IMG/VR virus record: IMGVR_UViG_2541048004_000003
Location: 1-64,000 of that record
Origin: a virus
Lineage: Duplodnaviria; Caudoviricetes
Length of the DNA: 64,000 nucleotides
Strand: one strand, 5' to 3'
The position numbers and the translations under genes are program-made. The notes below the pieces were generated by a model. The model was not told the origin of the DNA and searched no databases. It saw only the letters and a list, made by a program, of their open reading frames with translations. This document shows positions 37,975-46,971 of the stretch, in pieces; the stretch's first letter is position 1; each line of letters begins with the position of its first letter.

Positions 37975-38529
37975 CTACTTGTCAAGCAACAAGAAATCAT
38001 TATACAGGCTTTCAAATTTCTTTCCGAAATCGAATGCACGTTCACGAGTTGCAAAGCAAAGCCGAGAACCGACATCCGCAAACGCAGGCGAAGCCGTCCA
38101 ATACGTAGCCGCGTACACGAAGCCCGCAGCATCCTTGTTGTACTCAAACCAAGGGAAATACTTGTATTGGTTTTCGTTAGAGAAGTCTGGCACAAATCCA
38201 TCTTCTTTATTCCACGCTTCTGCTATTGTGAACAACTTTGATAATGCCAGCAAAGCCTTTTCGTGATGCTTGTTTACACCACAAATTGTCATCAACGGTT
38301 CATCAGATAATCCGAGATACTTCTTTGCATCTTCATAGCTGGCAATCTCTTGTACCTCTTCTTCTTGAACATCGAAGTCAAAGATGGACAAGAAGCCATC
38401 TTCATCTGAACAAACATCGTCGTTCTTCTCTGTGATGTACTCAACGAGCTTTTCACTCGCTTGGTTCTTTGTGTCGAACTTTCCCAAGACTTCGTTTGTC
38501 GTCTTGTTTCTTACTACATACTTTTTCAT
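37975..38529 (-). CDS. DGR target protein 2 (remote, in the early operon)
   Basis: Contains AAGFVYAATYWTASPAFADVGSRLCF encoded by a TR-like repeat; likely start MKKYVV at 38529. Confidence 0.85.
   Translation of the reverse strand: MKKYVVRNKTTNEVLGKFDTKNQASEKLVEYITEKNDDVCSDEDGFLSIFDFDVQEEEVQEIASYEDAKKYLGLSDEPLMTICGVNKHHEKALLALSKLFTIAEAWNKEDGFVPDFSNENQYKYFPWFEYNKDAAGFVYAATYWTASPAFADVGSRLCFATRERAFDFGKKFESLYNDFLLLDK
38059..38130 (-). repeat. DGR variable repeat 2 (VR2)
   Basis: 72-bp match to TR 3994-4065 with 8 mismatches, 7 at TR adenines; shares the IMH end GGTTCTCGGCTTTGCTTT with VR1. Confidence 0.88.
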
Positions 38530-38542
38530 TGTTATTTTGTTG

Positions 38543-39286
38543 TTAAAAAGGTGATTTATCAAATTCAATTATCATACCCTTGTCGGCAATATGAACGTTC
38601 TTTCCCGTTAGCTCCTTAATACCTTTTAGAAATTCGCTTGCATTACTATTGCCCGGCGAAAGGTGTATCAACACAATGTTGTTCACCTTTGATAAGTCAT
38701 TAGCAACAAGTATTTCCTTGCAAGTTTCGTAGCTCAAATGGCTTCTTATTGTTCGGTCGCGTTGCGGTTTGGCAATTCTTCCTGCTTCAACATTTTCTTC
38801 TAAAATATCAAGTCGATAGTTGCATTCAAGCAATATGTTTGAAAGACCATCGAAGCGATACTTCAAATAGTATGTATCAGTAGCAAAAAGAACCGTCCCC
38901 ATCTCCTTGTGATGAATAAGATACCCGAAAGGTTCGGCGGCATCGTGTTGAACTGAAAAACCTTGAATGGTAAACCCTCCGAGCTGATAAGGCTTGAACT
39001 CTTCTGTACGCCTTACAAGTGCGTTACTTCTGATTTTCAAAGCCTCTGCCGTCCCATCAGACATATAGCAAGGAATACGAGCATCAAGCACCTTTTGGAC
39101 GTGCTTTGCGTGGTCGCCGTGTTCGTGCGATATAACACACCCCCTTATTCTGCTAATGTCAAAATCAACCGACTTTTGAATGCTCCTGTAAGGCATTCCG
39201 CATTCAATCAACAATGCTTCATTGCCATTGTCGAATAAATAGCCGTTACCAGCCGAACTGCTTCCGAGTATCTTTAATTGCATCAC
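38543..39286 (-). CDS. MBL-fold metallo-hydrolase (nuclease-like)
   Basis: GSSSAGN, SHEHGDH, HDAAEP, TDT, ECNY, HLS motifs. Confidence 0.9.
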   Translation of the reverse strand: MMQLKILGSSSAGNGYLFDNGNEALLIECGMPYRSIQKSVDFDISRIRGCVISHEHGDHAKHVQKVLDARIPCYMSDGTAEALKIRSNALVRRTEEFKPYQLGGFTIQGFSVQHDAAEPFGYLIHHKEMGTVLFATDTYYLKYRFDGLSNILLECNYRLDILEENVEAGRIAKPQRDRTIRSHLSYETCKEILVANDLSKVNNIVLIHLSPGNSNASEFLKGIKELTGKNVHIADKGMIIEFDKSPF

Positions 39287-39295
39287 ATTTTAGAT

Positions 39296-40201
39296 TTAGA
39301 AGCCGGGAAAGTTTGCTTCACCTTGTTGTGGCGATTCCGCTTGCTCCTGATTGACGATTTCCCCTGTTTCTGTATCAACGGTTGTCTTTGTTGATTTGTC
39401 GCCGTTAGAAGCCCCCAAATCAATTGCAATCACCTTTTGGTTTGCATTGTCTGACTTCTCTTGTGCAACCTCTTCTTTTACATCCTTGACTTCTTCAAAA
39501 TCTGTGTAAATATCTTGTTGCTCCTCAACGGTACGCATACCCATAGACAATTCAGGTGCGTATGCACTTGTCCAAAACGATGCTGCACGATACATCAACA
39601 TCTGCTTTGCCATCGTCTGCCATTTGCTGCCGTTCTTCGTGTACCACCCCTCCTGAATAGCAAGACGAAGTGAAACGGGGGAACTTTCAAGCACTTGGTC
39701 TGAACCCTTTGCGGTTGTGTACGCGACGCATTCAATGTCCATTATCTTCTTTCCGTCAAATTGCTTGACAACGGGCTTTTTTGAACGTGTAGCATTATCC
39801 CAAACGTAGTCGGTATAATCAACCATACCCAGCATTCCCTTTTCTGTGAAGCGGTATTGCAAGGGGTTGAATCGACCACAAGTGTTTACCGTTGCGACAA
39901 GGAACTTTGAAGACCAAGATGGCTTGCCGTAAATCGGAACCATATTCTGCATAACCATCAACGGACTTGCACCGATACGTTGTGCAATCTCAATTGCAAT
40001 CATACAATTGGATATTGCTTTTTCGATAGGATTCTTGTCGCTTGCCTTGTACATATCAGGCACAAGTTCAGACGAAGCGAACATCTTGCAAACACGTTGC
40101 ATTGTTTCAAACTGCAAGGGGTCAAAGAAATTGACTACTGCTTGCGCTTGGGTTGGTTGCACTGCAACCATACCCGGATTTGTTTTAACTAATTCATTCA
40201 T
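39296..40201 (-). CDS. RecT-like single-strand annealing protein
   Basis: NCMIAIEIA..PLMVMQN, GSKWQTM..QML.YRAA; acidic tail; likely start MNELVK at 40201. Confidence 0.75.
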   Translation of the reverse strand: MNELVKTNPGMVAVQPTQAQAVVNFFDPLQFETMQRVCKMFASSELVPDMYKASDKNPIEKAISNCMIAIEIAQRIGASPLMVMQNMVPIYGKPSWSSKFLVATVNTCGRFNPLQYRFTEKGMLGMVDYTDYVWDNATRSKKPVVKQFDGKKIMDIECVAYTTAKGSDQVLESSPVSLRLAIQEGWYTKNGSKWQTMAKQMLMYRAASFWTSAYAPELSMGMRTVEEQQDIYTDFEEVKDVKEEVAQEKSDNANQKVIAIDLGASNGDKSTKTTVDTETGEIVNQEQAESPQQGEANFPGF

Positions 40202-40208
40202 TGTTGTA

Positions 40209-40454
40209 TTACTTTGATTGGTTGATATACGAAAGGAATGTTTGACGGGCTTCTTCAAGGGCTGGTATTGCTTCCTTGACGTGTGAAGAAACCGACACAA
40301 CGGGTATTCCGTCTATTGCGATGTAGATACCGCTTTTGAACTCTCGAAGCTGCACACGTTCTTCAACCATTCTTGCGGTGTACTCCTTGGCGGCTTTTAC
40401 CTTATCCGCCTTGCGTGCATTGAACCACGCAATAACTTTCTTAATGTACTTCAT
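40209..40454 (-). CDS. Hypothetical protein
   Basis: 81-aa ORF in the early operon. Confidence 0.55.
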   Translation of the reverse strand: MKYIKKVIAWFNARKADKVKAAKEYTARMVEERVQLREFKSGIYIAIDGIPVVSVSSHVKEAIPALEEARQTFLSYINQSK

Positions 40455-40467
40455 TCTGTTTGATGTA

Positions 40468-42438
40468 TTACTTAATAACTAATTGTTTGTCATTCGTTAC
40501 AACGAGGTTGATTACTTGACTTTGCGTGTAGATAATCTGATTCACACTTTCGCGATTGTCGATGAAGATTGGGGCGGTGATTCCGTAGAAATTGCAAAGT
40601 GCATTGATAATATCAAGACCAGCATTTACTTGACCTGCCGTGTTTGCGACCGTGAAAGGAACTCCATTTACAAGCGGAATGCACGTTTCAACGGGATTTT
40701 CTTTATTGGCATCTTCAATCGTGTATTCAAACAGACGGAATGTAACCATTGTGAATAGACCGTTGATGCGTTTTTCGCACTCGTCAATCTTTGCTTTTGT
40801 GAACTGCTGAACGGTATATTCTTCACGCTCTGCATCGGCGATTTGCTGGGCAAGGTCTTTTCCCTTTGCTTCAAGGTCGGCGATTTGCTTTTTGAACTGC
40901 TCAATACGTTCACGGTCTGCAAGTTTTGCTTTGACTTCATCACGATTGCGTGAAAGTTCCTTTTTACGCTCTTGATACTCGCTTGTGTCCACCTTTTCTG
41001 TTCCTGCTTCAAGGGTTGCTTCAAGGTCGGCGATTTGCTTTGTAAGGTCTGAATACTCCTTGATGTTATCGGGGATAATCTCCACTTGTTTAACCTCTGA
41101 AAGTGTTGCAAGCTGTTCTTCCAAAGCGTGAAGTTCTTCTTCCTTTACCTTTGCACCCGAAATGGCGTTATTTTTGTCCTGCTCAACCTCTGAAATGCTC
41201 TTATTGACACATTCAATTTCTGCCTTGTAAGCCTTTCCCTTTGACGTGATTTCTTCAAGGATTCCTTGCTTGTGTTTGTTGAAGTGTTCCCTTGCTTCTT
41301 CTTTCATAGATTCGGGCAACTCTTGACCACAACAACGACACGTTGTTTCACCATTGAATTGTACTTCGTTTTCTTTGTACCACTCCGAACGTAGAGTATC
41401 AGACTTTGAAGTTAAGTCTTGTATCTGCTTATGAAGTTTTTCAAGCTGTGTATTCGCTGAATTTTCATCTTGAACATAGCCGTGAATCTCCCTCTTAACT
41501 ACGTTTATTCTCTCTTGAAGTTCGCGGCGATTAGAGTTGGCATTGAACGCTTCTTCTTTTGCCTTACTTTGAGCATCGAACAGTACTTGCTGGCGTTGGC
41601 TCTTCAATGCGTTAATCTTGCTTTGACGCTCTTGCACCGCTTCGTATTGTTGTCTTACACGCTCCGTTGCATCGTTCATAGCCTTGTCCACCTTTTCGAT
41701 TTCTGCTTCAATGCGTGCAACCTCTTCTTCAAGGGTTGCAAAATCCGTCATTTCGGGCATCAACCGTTGTGTTTGGTCAATTCGTGGCTGAATCTCCGCA
41801 AGGTCTGCTTTAAGACGTTTCTTTCGTGCCGCAAGCTCGCTTTTGAAGTCCGAAAAACTCTTGCCACTAATTTTATCAAGAAGTACCGAAAATTCAGGCT
41901 TTAAATTTGCAATCTCTTGGTCTGTTACAGTGCCTGCAAGCTGGAAGAGTTGTTCACGTTGATTCTTCCAAGGCATAGAAGCAAAGAATAATGGGTTTGT
42001 TACCATCTTAAACACGCTATCATCAATGATTGTGTTTACTCGCTTCTGATATTCGGTTACGTTTACCGGGGTTTCATTCCAATAACACTCCGTTTTGTTC
42101 CCCCTGAACACTTGTTCAACTTGACCACGTGGTTTAACCCAATCTTCCACAAATGCACGTCGCAACGTGATGTCTTCACCATCTACGTTCAAGACGCCGA
42201 TAACTTCACATTCGGTTTTCATAAGTGGTTGCCCGTCCACAACCGTCTTAATGTTGAAATCCTTGCGGTCTTCTTTGTCTTTGCCGAAAAGAAGCCACAT
42301 AAAGGCATCAAAGTGCCTGCTTTTTCCTAACCCGTTCCCCCCTGAAATTGTCGTGCTGATAGGGTCAAATTGGGTTGTTCTACTACGTTCACCCCTCCAA
42401 TTTGTTAGGGTCAAACTTTTGATAATAACCTTTTTCAT
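40468..42438 (-). CDS. Rad50/SbcC-like coiled-coil ATPase
   Basis: GGNGLGKS Walker A, long coiled coil with CRCC zinc-hook-like motif, PIFIDN Walker B. Confidence 0.85.
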   Translation of the reverse strand: MKKVIIKSLTLTNWRGERSRTTQFDPISTTISGGNGLGKSRHFDAFMWLLFGKDKEDRKDFNIKTVVDGQPLMKTECEVIGVLNVDGEDITLRRAFVEDWVKPRGQVEQVFRGNKTECYWNETPVNVTEYQKRVNTIIDDSVFKMVTNPLFFASMPWKNQREQLFQLAGTVTDQEIANLKPEFSVLLDKISGKSFSDFKSELAARKKRLKADLAEIQPRIDQTQRLMPEMTDFATLEEEVARIEAEIEKVDKAMNDATERVRQQYEAVQERQSKINALKSQRQQVLFDAQSKAKEEAFNANSNRRELQERINVVKREIHGYVQDENSANTQLEKLHKQIQDLTSKSDTLRSEWYKENEVQFNGETTCRCCGQELPESMKEEAREHFNKHKQGILEEITSKGKAYKAEIECVNKSISEVEQDKNNAISGAKVKEEELHALEEQLATLSEVKQVEIIPDNIKEYSDLTKQIADLEATLEAGTEKVDTSEYQERKKELSRNRDEVKAKLADRERIEQFKKQIADLEAKGKDLAQQIADAEREEYTVQQFTKAKIDECEKRINGLFTMVTFRLFEYTIEDANKENPVETCIPLVNGVPFTVANTAGQVNAGLDIINALCNFYGITAPIFIDNRESVNQIIYTQSQVINLVVTNDKQLVIK

Positions 42439-42456
42439 TGTTGTATTACTTTGTTG

Positions 42457-42660
42457 TTATTTAGTTAGATAATATCCTTCCAATTCATCGCTATATGATA
42501 CTATCCCCTCACATTGCAATTCCGCAATCGCCCTGCAAAAGTCACGGTATTGTAGCTCGCATTCAACGGCTTCAATGATATATTTTGTGCTATGATTGCC
42601 TTTGCTTATAGCTCTTACTATACGCTTTTTCAGCGTTTTGTACTCAATAATTTTTGCCAT
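42457..42660 (-). CDS. Small hypothetical (winged-helix-like) protein
   Basis: 67-aa ORF in the early operon. Confidence 0.5.
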   Translation of the reverse strand: MAKIIEYKTLKKRIVRAISKGNHSTKYIIEAVECELQYRDFCRAIAELQCEGIVSYSDELEGYYLTK

Positions 42661-42670
42661 AGTGATATTG

Positions 42671-42949
42671 TTATTTCTTCATTAGTTGCAAAGCAAGTTC
42701 AGCATCAACGGCAATCATACGCCCTGATTGTGATATTGCCTTGTCTATCTTTCCACTTGCCTTGATTCTGTTTGCGGTTGTCATTGAGCAATTGAATAGT
42801 TGAGCAATGCCAGCAATGCCATACACAAATCTTTTTGATGGCGTGAACTCTTCGTCTTCCTTGGATAATCGTTGGAATACATCAAACAAGACATCTGCAA
42901 ACTCTCCTATTGACATATCAATTACTCGTTTGTTCGGGTTGTCAATCAT
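42671..42949 (-). CDS. DUF3853-like excisionase/HTH protein
   Basis: VYGIAGIAQLFNCSMTTANRIKASGKID..AISQ.GR motif. Confidence 0.8.
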   Translation of the reverse strand: MIDNPNKRVIDMSIGEFADVLFDVFQRLSKEDEEFTPSKRFVYGIAGIAQLFNCSMTTANRIKASGKIDKAISQSGRMIAVDAELALQLMKK

Positions 42950-43170
42950 AAGTCGTCGTCTTCATCATCAGGTAAATCTGCATTCTTAATAAGCCTTGCA
43001 GCATTTCCGAAATTGATAACTACTAAAAGCCCGACAAGTATGCTTGTATCATCACCTATTCCACACACAAGGAATAACGAGATAAAGAAGTACCATACAA
43101 TAAGGCGTTGCTTAGTTGTGCAGTTAGGCAAACTTGCTTCTTTCCAAATCAATTTTACTACCTCTTTCAT
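42946..43170 (-). CDS. Small membrane protein
   Basis: Two hydrophobic stretches and an acidic tail. Confidence 0.55.
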   Translation of the reverse strand: MKEVVKLIWKEASLPNCTTKQRLIVWYFFISLFLVCGIGDDTSILVGLLVVINFGNAARLIKNADLPDDEDDDL

Positions 43171-43181
43171 AATCTATCGTT

Positions 43182-43400
43182 TTAGTTTTCAGCTCCCCAG
43201 ACGTCCTTTATTCCAAAATCAGCAAAAACGCCCTCAATGGCTCTTGCTTCTGAAACCTTTGGTTCTACCTTACCATTTAATCTTGCATTCCAACTTACCC
43301 TTGTTGTTAGTCCTAATGCTGACATAATACGTTTCTTGACTTCCGAAACGTCCTTTTGTCGGACTTGGGCAAATCCCCTCTTAAAACTGTAATCGTTCAT
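43182..43400 (-). CDS. Cro-like early regulator
   Basis: 72-aa basic HTH-like ORF, first gene of the leftward early operon, divergent from the repressor. Confidence 0.65.
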   Translation of the reverse strand: MNDYSFKRGFAQVRQKDVSEVKKRIMSALGLTTRVSWNARLNGKVEPKVSEARAIEGVFADFGIKDVWGAEN

Positions 43401-43506
43401 ACTTCGTCAATTTTTTCGTGTTATGCTCGTTTTTTTCGGCGAAATCTTGTAACTTTGCCGTTTACAAGCGTGATACTCTGCCTTGTCTATACGTTAGGCG
43501 TTGCTT

Positions 43507-43568
43507 TACATTTGCAAAGGTACGAAATGTTTCGTGAAATGCAAGCGTTTTCGTGGAAATAATTCACG
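43507..43568. promoter_or_regulatory. Lysis/lysogeny switch: abutting divergent -7 elements and operator-like repeats
   Basis: TACATTTG (plus, 43507-43514) adjoining TACCTTTG (minus, 43515-43522); palindrome ACGAAA-TG-TTTCGT (43522-43535); further TTCGTG/TTCACG half-sites. Confidence 0.65.
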
Positions 43569-43613
43569 CAATTTTCACTGCTTAGAATACGAATTTTGAT
43601 TAAAGTACTGATT

Positions 43614-43964
43614 ATGAATGAATTAGAAGTAAAAGAAATTAGAGAAAAAATGGGGCTTTCTCAGGAAAGATTTGCCAAACTTCTCGGTGTAACCGCTCGG
43701 ACGGTTCAAAATTGGGAATCAGGTGGCGTGATTCCACAGACAAAACAAGAAATACTTCACGAAATGACGATTCGCCCGCAATCGTATTTCGGTGGTGAAC
43801 AACAAAACGTGAATGGGAACAACATTGCTGGTAGTAATGTAACGGTTCATCAGACGGACACGGATAAACTTCTTGAACTACTTGCAAGCAAAGAAGCATC
43901 TTTGGCAAAAGCACAAGAACACATTGACCGTTTGATGGACTTAATAGAGAAAATGCAGAAATGA
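43614..43964 (+). CDS. CI-like repressor (XRE HTH)
   Basis: IREKMGLSQERFAKLLGVTARTVQNWESG; C-terminal coiled coil; no S24 peptidase domain. Confidence 0.85.
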   Translation: MNELEVKEIREKMGLSQERFAKLLGVTARTVQNWESGGVIPQTKQEILHEMTIRPQSYFGGEQQNVNGNNIAGSNVTVHQTDTDKLLELLASKEASLAKAQEHIDRLMDLIEKMQK

Positions 43965-44314
43965 GTGTGCGGGTTCTTCGGGCTTCACTTGCCCCAATAG
44001 AAATGCAGTTGCCGAAAAGTGTTTTTGACAAGATAGAGTTGTACGACTTGAAGATTGCGCTTGGCAAACCTATCTCTGTACACATAGAATTAACCCAGCT
44101 TGAATATCAAGCAATCAAAAAACTAATATATATGGCTACAATTCAAATTAAGGTTTCCGATTATTATGGCACACCATCTTATTACTCGGTGATGCCACGT
44201 TCTATTTTTGATGCTCTCGAAGTTGCTGCGTTGAATGGTGAAGAATACATTGATGTCGAAAAAGAACGATTTGACACAATGATTGAAGACTATAATAATA
44301 AGGTGGAGATATGA
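43961..44314 (+). CDS. Hypothetical protein with internal duplication
   Basis: ATGA-coupled to the repressor; LPKSVFDKIE and MPRSIFDALE half-repeats. Confidence 0.55.
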   Translation: MSVRVLRASLAPIEMQLPKSVFDKIELYDLKIALGKPISVHIELTQLEYQAIKKLIYMATIQIKVSDYYGTPSYYSVMPRSIFDALEVAALNGEEYIDVEKERFDTMIEDYNNKVEI

Positions 44315-44943
44315 AGAAGATATTTTTTACACTCGTTTCTATATTCTTGCTTGCTTGTTGCACTAATGTACATAATGGAAAGGTAAATTCAGGAATCAAG
44401 GAAACCAATATACAAGTTTTTCTTAATAGTTGCCTTGAAAGTAACCCTAATGCTCGAAACAATGAAATCACAAGGGGTATGCTTGCAGACACGATAAGAA
44501 CACGACTTCAAGCACAAATAGGAGATACTCTTGCAATTTTATCGGGTTTGACTTTTGACTTTGAAATGTGCCTTGAATACCATCGCCGGTTTAATACATT
44601 TGAATCTGATATTGATAGAAATGCAGGAAAATATGCCGTAAAGTTTTCTACAAGCAATTTCAACAATGAAAGTATATCGTCCGATAAATTCAATGTAACG
44701 CTTCAGGTATTAACTGTAATGAATAAAGAAGATGTTGCCAACCTAAAAGACAACGGCAAATATCAAATACAAGGTACGTTTGTTGATTTTGCGAACAATT
44801 CAGAAGAAACGGGATTTCTTCTACCATCAGGTGGTTATTTCATAGACTACCCAAGCGTATTTATGGATTCATTAGATGAAGAAAAAATGATAATAAACTT
44901 GGGGACAATTATACTTGATAACATCAAATTAAAACCGATGTGA
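44311..44943 (+). CDS. Lipoprotein moron (possible superinfection exclusion)
   Basis: MKKIFFTLVSIFLLACC lipobox; AT-rich; in the repressor operon. Confidence 0.7.
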   Translation: MKKIFFTLVSIFLLACCTNVHNGKVNSGIKETNIQVFLNSCLESNPNARNNEITRGMLADTIRTRLQAQIGDTLAILSGLTFDFEMCLEYHRRFNTFESDIDRNAGKYAVKFSTSNFNNESISSDKFNVTLQVLTVMNKEDVANLKDNGKYQIQGTFVDFANNSEETGFLLPSGGYFIDYPSVFMDSLDEEKMIINLGTIILDNIKLKPM

Positions 44944-44947
44944 ACCT

Positions 44948-45232
44948 ATGAAAAAGACCATCAACCCACAAGTGTTAGATATTCAAAGGCGCTTTTTTGA
45001 AGCCATTTCCTTGGCAAAGTCGTTGGGCAAAACAACGGGCTTGAAGTCTTTTTGTGAAGCCCATAATTTGAACCTTGTAAAATACTATCGAATCAAGGGG
45101 GATTTGGGTAAACCTATCGAAGAAATGCACTACAAGGCAATAGACATAGATGCCTTGTTGTATGTATGTCGTGATTTCGGTGTTTCCCCTGATTGGTTGT
45201 TGCTCGGTCGTGGTAAATTAGATATACATTAG
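44948..45232 (+). CDS. Small HTH-like protein
   Basis: RDFGVSPDWLLLGRG C-terminal HTH-type motif. Confidence 0.65.
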   Translation: MKKTINPQVLDIQRRFFEAISLAKSLGKTTGLKSFCEAHNLNLVKYYRIKGDLGKPIEEMHYKAIDIDALLYVCRDFGVSPDWLLLGRGKLDIH

Positions 45233-45237
45233 ACGCT

Positions 45238-46506
45238 ATGTTTATCAAACGTATAGTAAAATTCATTCTGCATAAACGAAAGCCGGGCGAAACAACGTCC
45301 CTTGCTATCCGTATGCGTGTAACCCTAAAAGGTGAACGCCCTTTTGATTTTCCATTAGGGCGAAAGGTTGATTTGAACAAATGGAATGCAGATACGGAAC
45401 GAGTGATTGAGGGAACAAGTGAAGCCGCCGAAATCAATCGTTCAATTGAAGAATACAAAACACAAATCAATGAAGTTTTCGCAAGGTTTGAACTGCTCGA
45501 AAAGCGAGTTCCGACACCACAAGAAGTAAAAGACTTGTTTAATGATATGGTAGGCAAGGCTTCCTTGATTGATGAAAATGGCAAACTCGATTTTTGGAAT
45601 GTGTTTGATGTATTCACCGAACAAGTAGGGGAAAAGAACCTGTGGACGGATTCGACATTTCAAAAGTTCAGAACATTACGACACCACCTTAAATCATTTG
45701 CGCCAACATTATCTTTCCCCTCTTTGACGGAAGAAAAGTTGCAAGACCTTGTTGCATATTACTACAAAAAGGACTTTCGCAATACAACAATTTCAAAGCA
45801 ACTATCGTTCTTGCGTTGGTTCTTGCGTTGGGCGGCTCAAAAAGGGTATTACAATGGAGATTTGCACGAAACATTCAAGCCTAAACTAAAAGGAATTTCC
45901 GTTGATTCAAGGGAAATCATTTATCTTTCACAAGATGAATTGAAGCAACTTCAAGATTTCCACTTCCAACCGATGCAAGAAGCACTTGAACGTGTCCGGG
46001 ACGTGTTCTTGTTTCAATGCTTCACGGGGCTTAGATATTCAGATGTTGCCAAATTGAAGCGTTCTGATGTGAAGAAGGGTGTTGTTCACGTTGTAACAAA
46101 AAAGACCGTTGATGGGCTTAGAATTGAGCTGAACAAGCATTCACAAGCAATCATTGACAAGTATATTGATTGCAATTTCCCCGGTGATAAGGTCTTGCCC
46201 GTGATTTCAAATGAAAAAATGAATGCGCACCTTAAAACCCTTGGTCAAGTTGTCGGTCTTGACGAGCCAACAAGGATTGTTTACTTCAAGGGCAATAAGC
46301 GATATGAAGAAGTATATCCGAAATGGTATCTTCTTACTACACACGTTGCACGTCGTACATTCGTAGTAACAGCGTTGCAATTGGGAATCCCCGTTGAAGT
46401 TATTATGCGTTGGACGGGACATTCAAACTTTGAAGCGATGAAGCCTTATGCAAAGATAGTGGACGAACTGAAAGAAAAATCAATGTCAAAGTTCGATGCT
46501 CTTTGA
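45238..46506 (+). CDS. int: Tyrosine integrase (Bacteroidales arm-binding/SAM-like type)
   Basis: FTGLRYSD (R), THVARRTF (HxxR), TGH and MKPY (Y); N-terminal IRMRVT arm-binding region; adjacent to attR. Confidence 0.95.
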   Translation: MFIKRIVKFILHKRKPGETTSLAIRMRVTLKGERPFDFPLGRKVDLNKWNADTERVIEGTSEAAEINRSIEEYKTQINEVFARFELLEKRVPTPQEVKDLFNDMVGKASLIDENGKLDFWNVFDVFTEQVGEKNLWTDSTFQKFRTLRHHLKSFAPTLSFPSLTEEKLQDLVAYYYKKDFRNTTISKQLSFLRWFLRWAAQKGYYNGDLHETFKPKLKGISVDSREIIYLSQDELKQLQDFHFQPMQEALERVRDVFLFQCFTGLRYSDVAKLKRSDVKKGVVHVVTKKTVDGLRIELNKHSQAIIDKYIDCNFPGDKVLPVISNEKMNAHLKTLGQVVGLDEPTRIVYFKGNKRYEEVYPKWYLLTTHVARRTFVVTALQLGIPVEVIMRWTGHSNFEAMKPYAKIVDELKEKSMSKFDAL

Positions 46507-46507
46507 T

Positions 46508-46555
46508 GTACACGAAAGAAAGCGTTCAAATCAACGTACACGAATTTGTACACGA
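46508..46555 (+). repeat. Integrase arm-type binding repeats, right (GTACACGA x3)
   Basis: 46508-46516, 46536-46544, 46548-46555; same motif as at 312-332. Confidence 0.7.
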
Positions 46556-46661
46556 CCATATAATACCAATGTGATAGTATATGATGTTATTTTTAGCCGA
46601 AAAAGCATTGTAACCCCCGATTTGGTATTGTATGAAACTATATGAAAGTAGGGTCTTGCTT

Positions 46662-46674
46662 CCTGTCTCTCCGC
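46662..46674 (+). repeat. attR core CCTGTCTCTCCGC
   Basis: Exact copy of the tRNA-Ser 3' end at 265-277. Confidence 0.92.
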
Positions 46675-46709
46675 TGAACTAACCGGACAAAACCGGACAA
46701 AGAACAGCC

Positions 46710-46746
46710 AAGTCCCACAAATTCAACGATTTGTGGGACTTTTTTT
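46710..46746 (+). terminator. Intrinsic terminator downstream of the displaced tRNA 3' end
   Basis: Perfect 13-bp stem AAGTCCCACAAAT/ATTTGTGGGACTT followed by a T run. Confidence 0.8.
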
Positions 46747-46948
46747 ATCCCCTTATGTCTGCCCTACCGGACATCATTTAGCCCTTAAAAGACAAAGTTA
46801 GTAACCTAACTCGTACCCCCGACAACTGAAAGTCCAAAAGGGGTACACTTAGTCCGAAATTGGCGAACTTCTGTCGCTATTTGGCGAGTCTGTATAAGCT
46901 TCACTTTGAGCTAATTAACGTAGTTTTGTAACCTAAAAAAGTGAGTTT

Positions 46949-46963
46949 ATGAAGAGTACATTT
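46949..46963 (+). pseudogene. Possible truncated 5' end (MKSTF) of an ICE integrase gene
   Basis: ATGAAGAGTACATTT after an A-rich leader resembles, from recall, the start of Bacteroidales CTn-type integrases; the frame stops at 46993. Confidence 0.35.
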
Positions 46964-46971
46964 ACAAACCG

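Larger units (their letters stand above)
265..46674. mobile_element. Prophage 1: apparently complete temperate siphovirus integrated in tRNA-Ser
   Basis: att direct repeats, terminal tyrosine integrase, and lysis, tail, head, terminase, replication and repressor modules with no obvious broken ORFs. Confidence 0.95.

Noticed and set aside
3994-38130. TR/VR1/VR2 repeats as CRISPR repeats or an IS
   Set aside because: No regular repeat-spacer array, cas genes or terminal inverted repeats; no CRISPR array seen anywhere in the window.
45114-45617. 167-aa minus-strand ORF over the integrase start
   Set aside because: Antisense shadow of int and the HTH gene; no motif.
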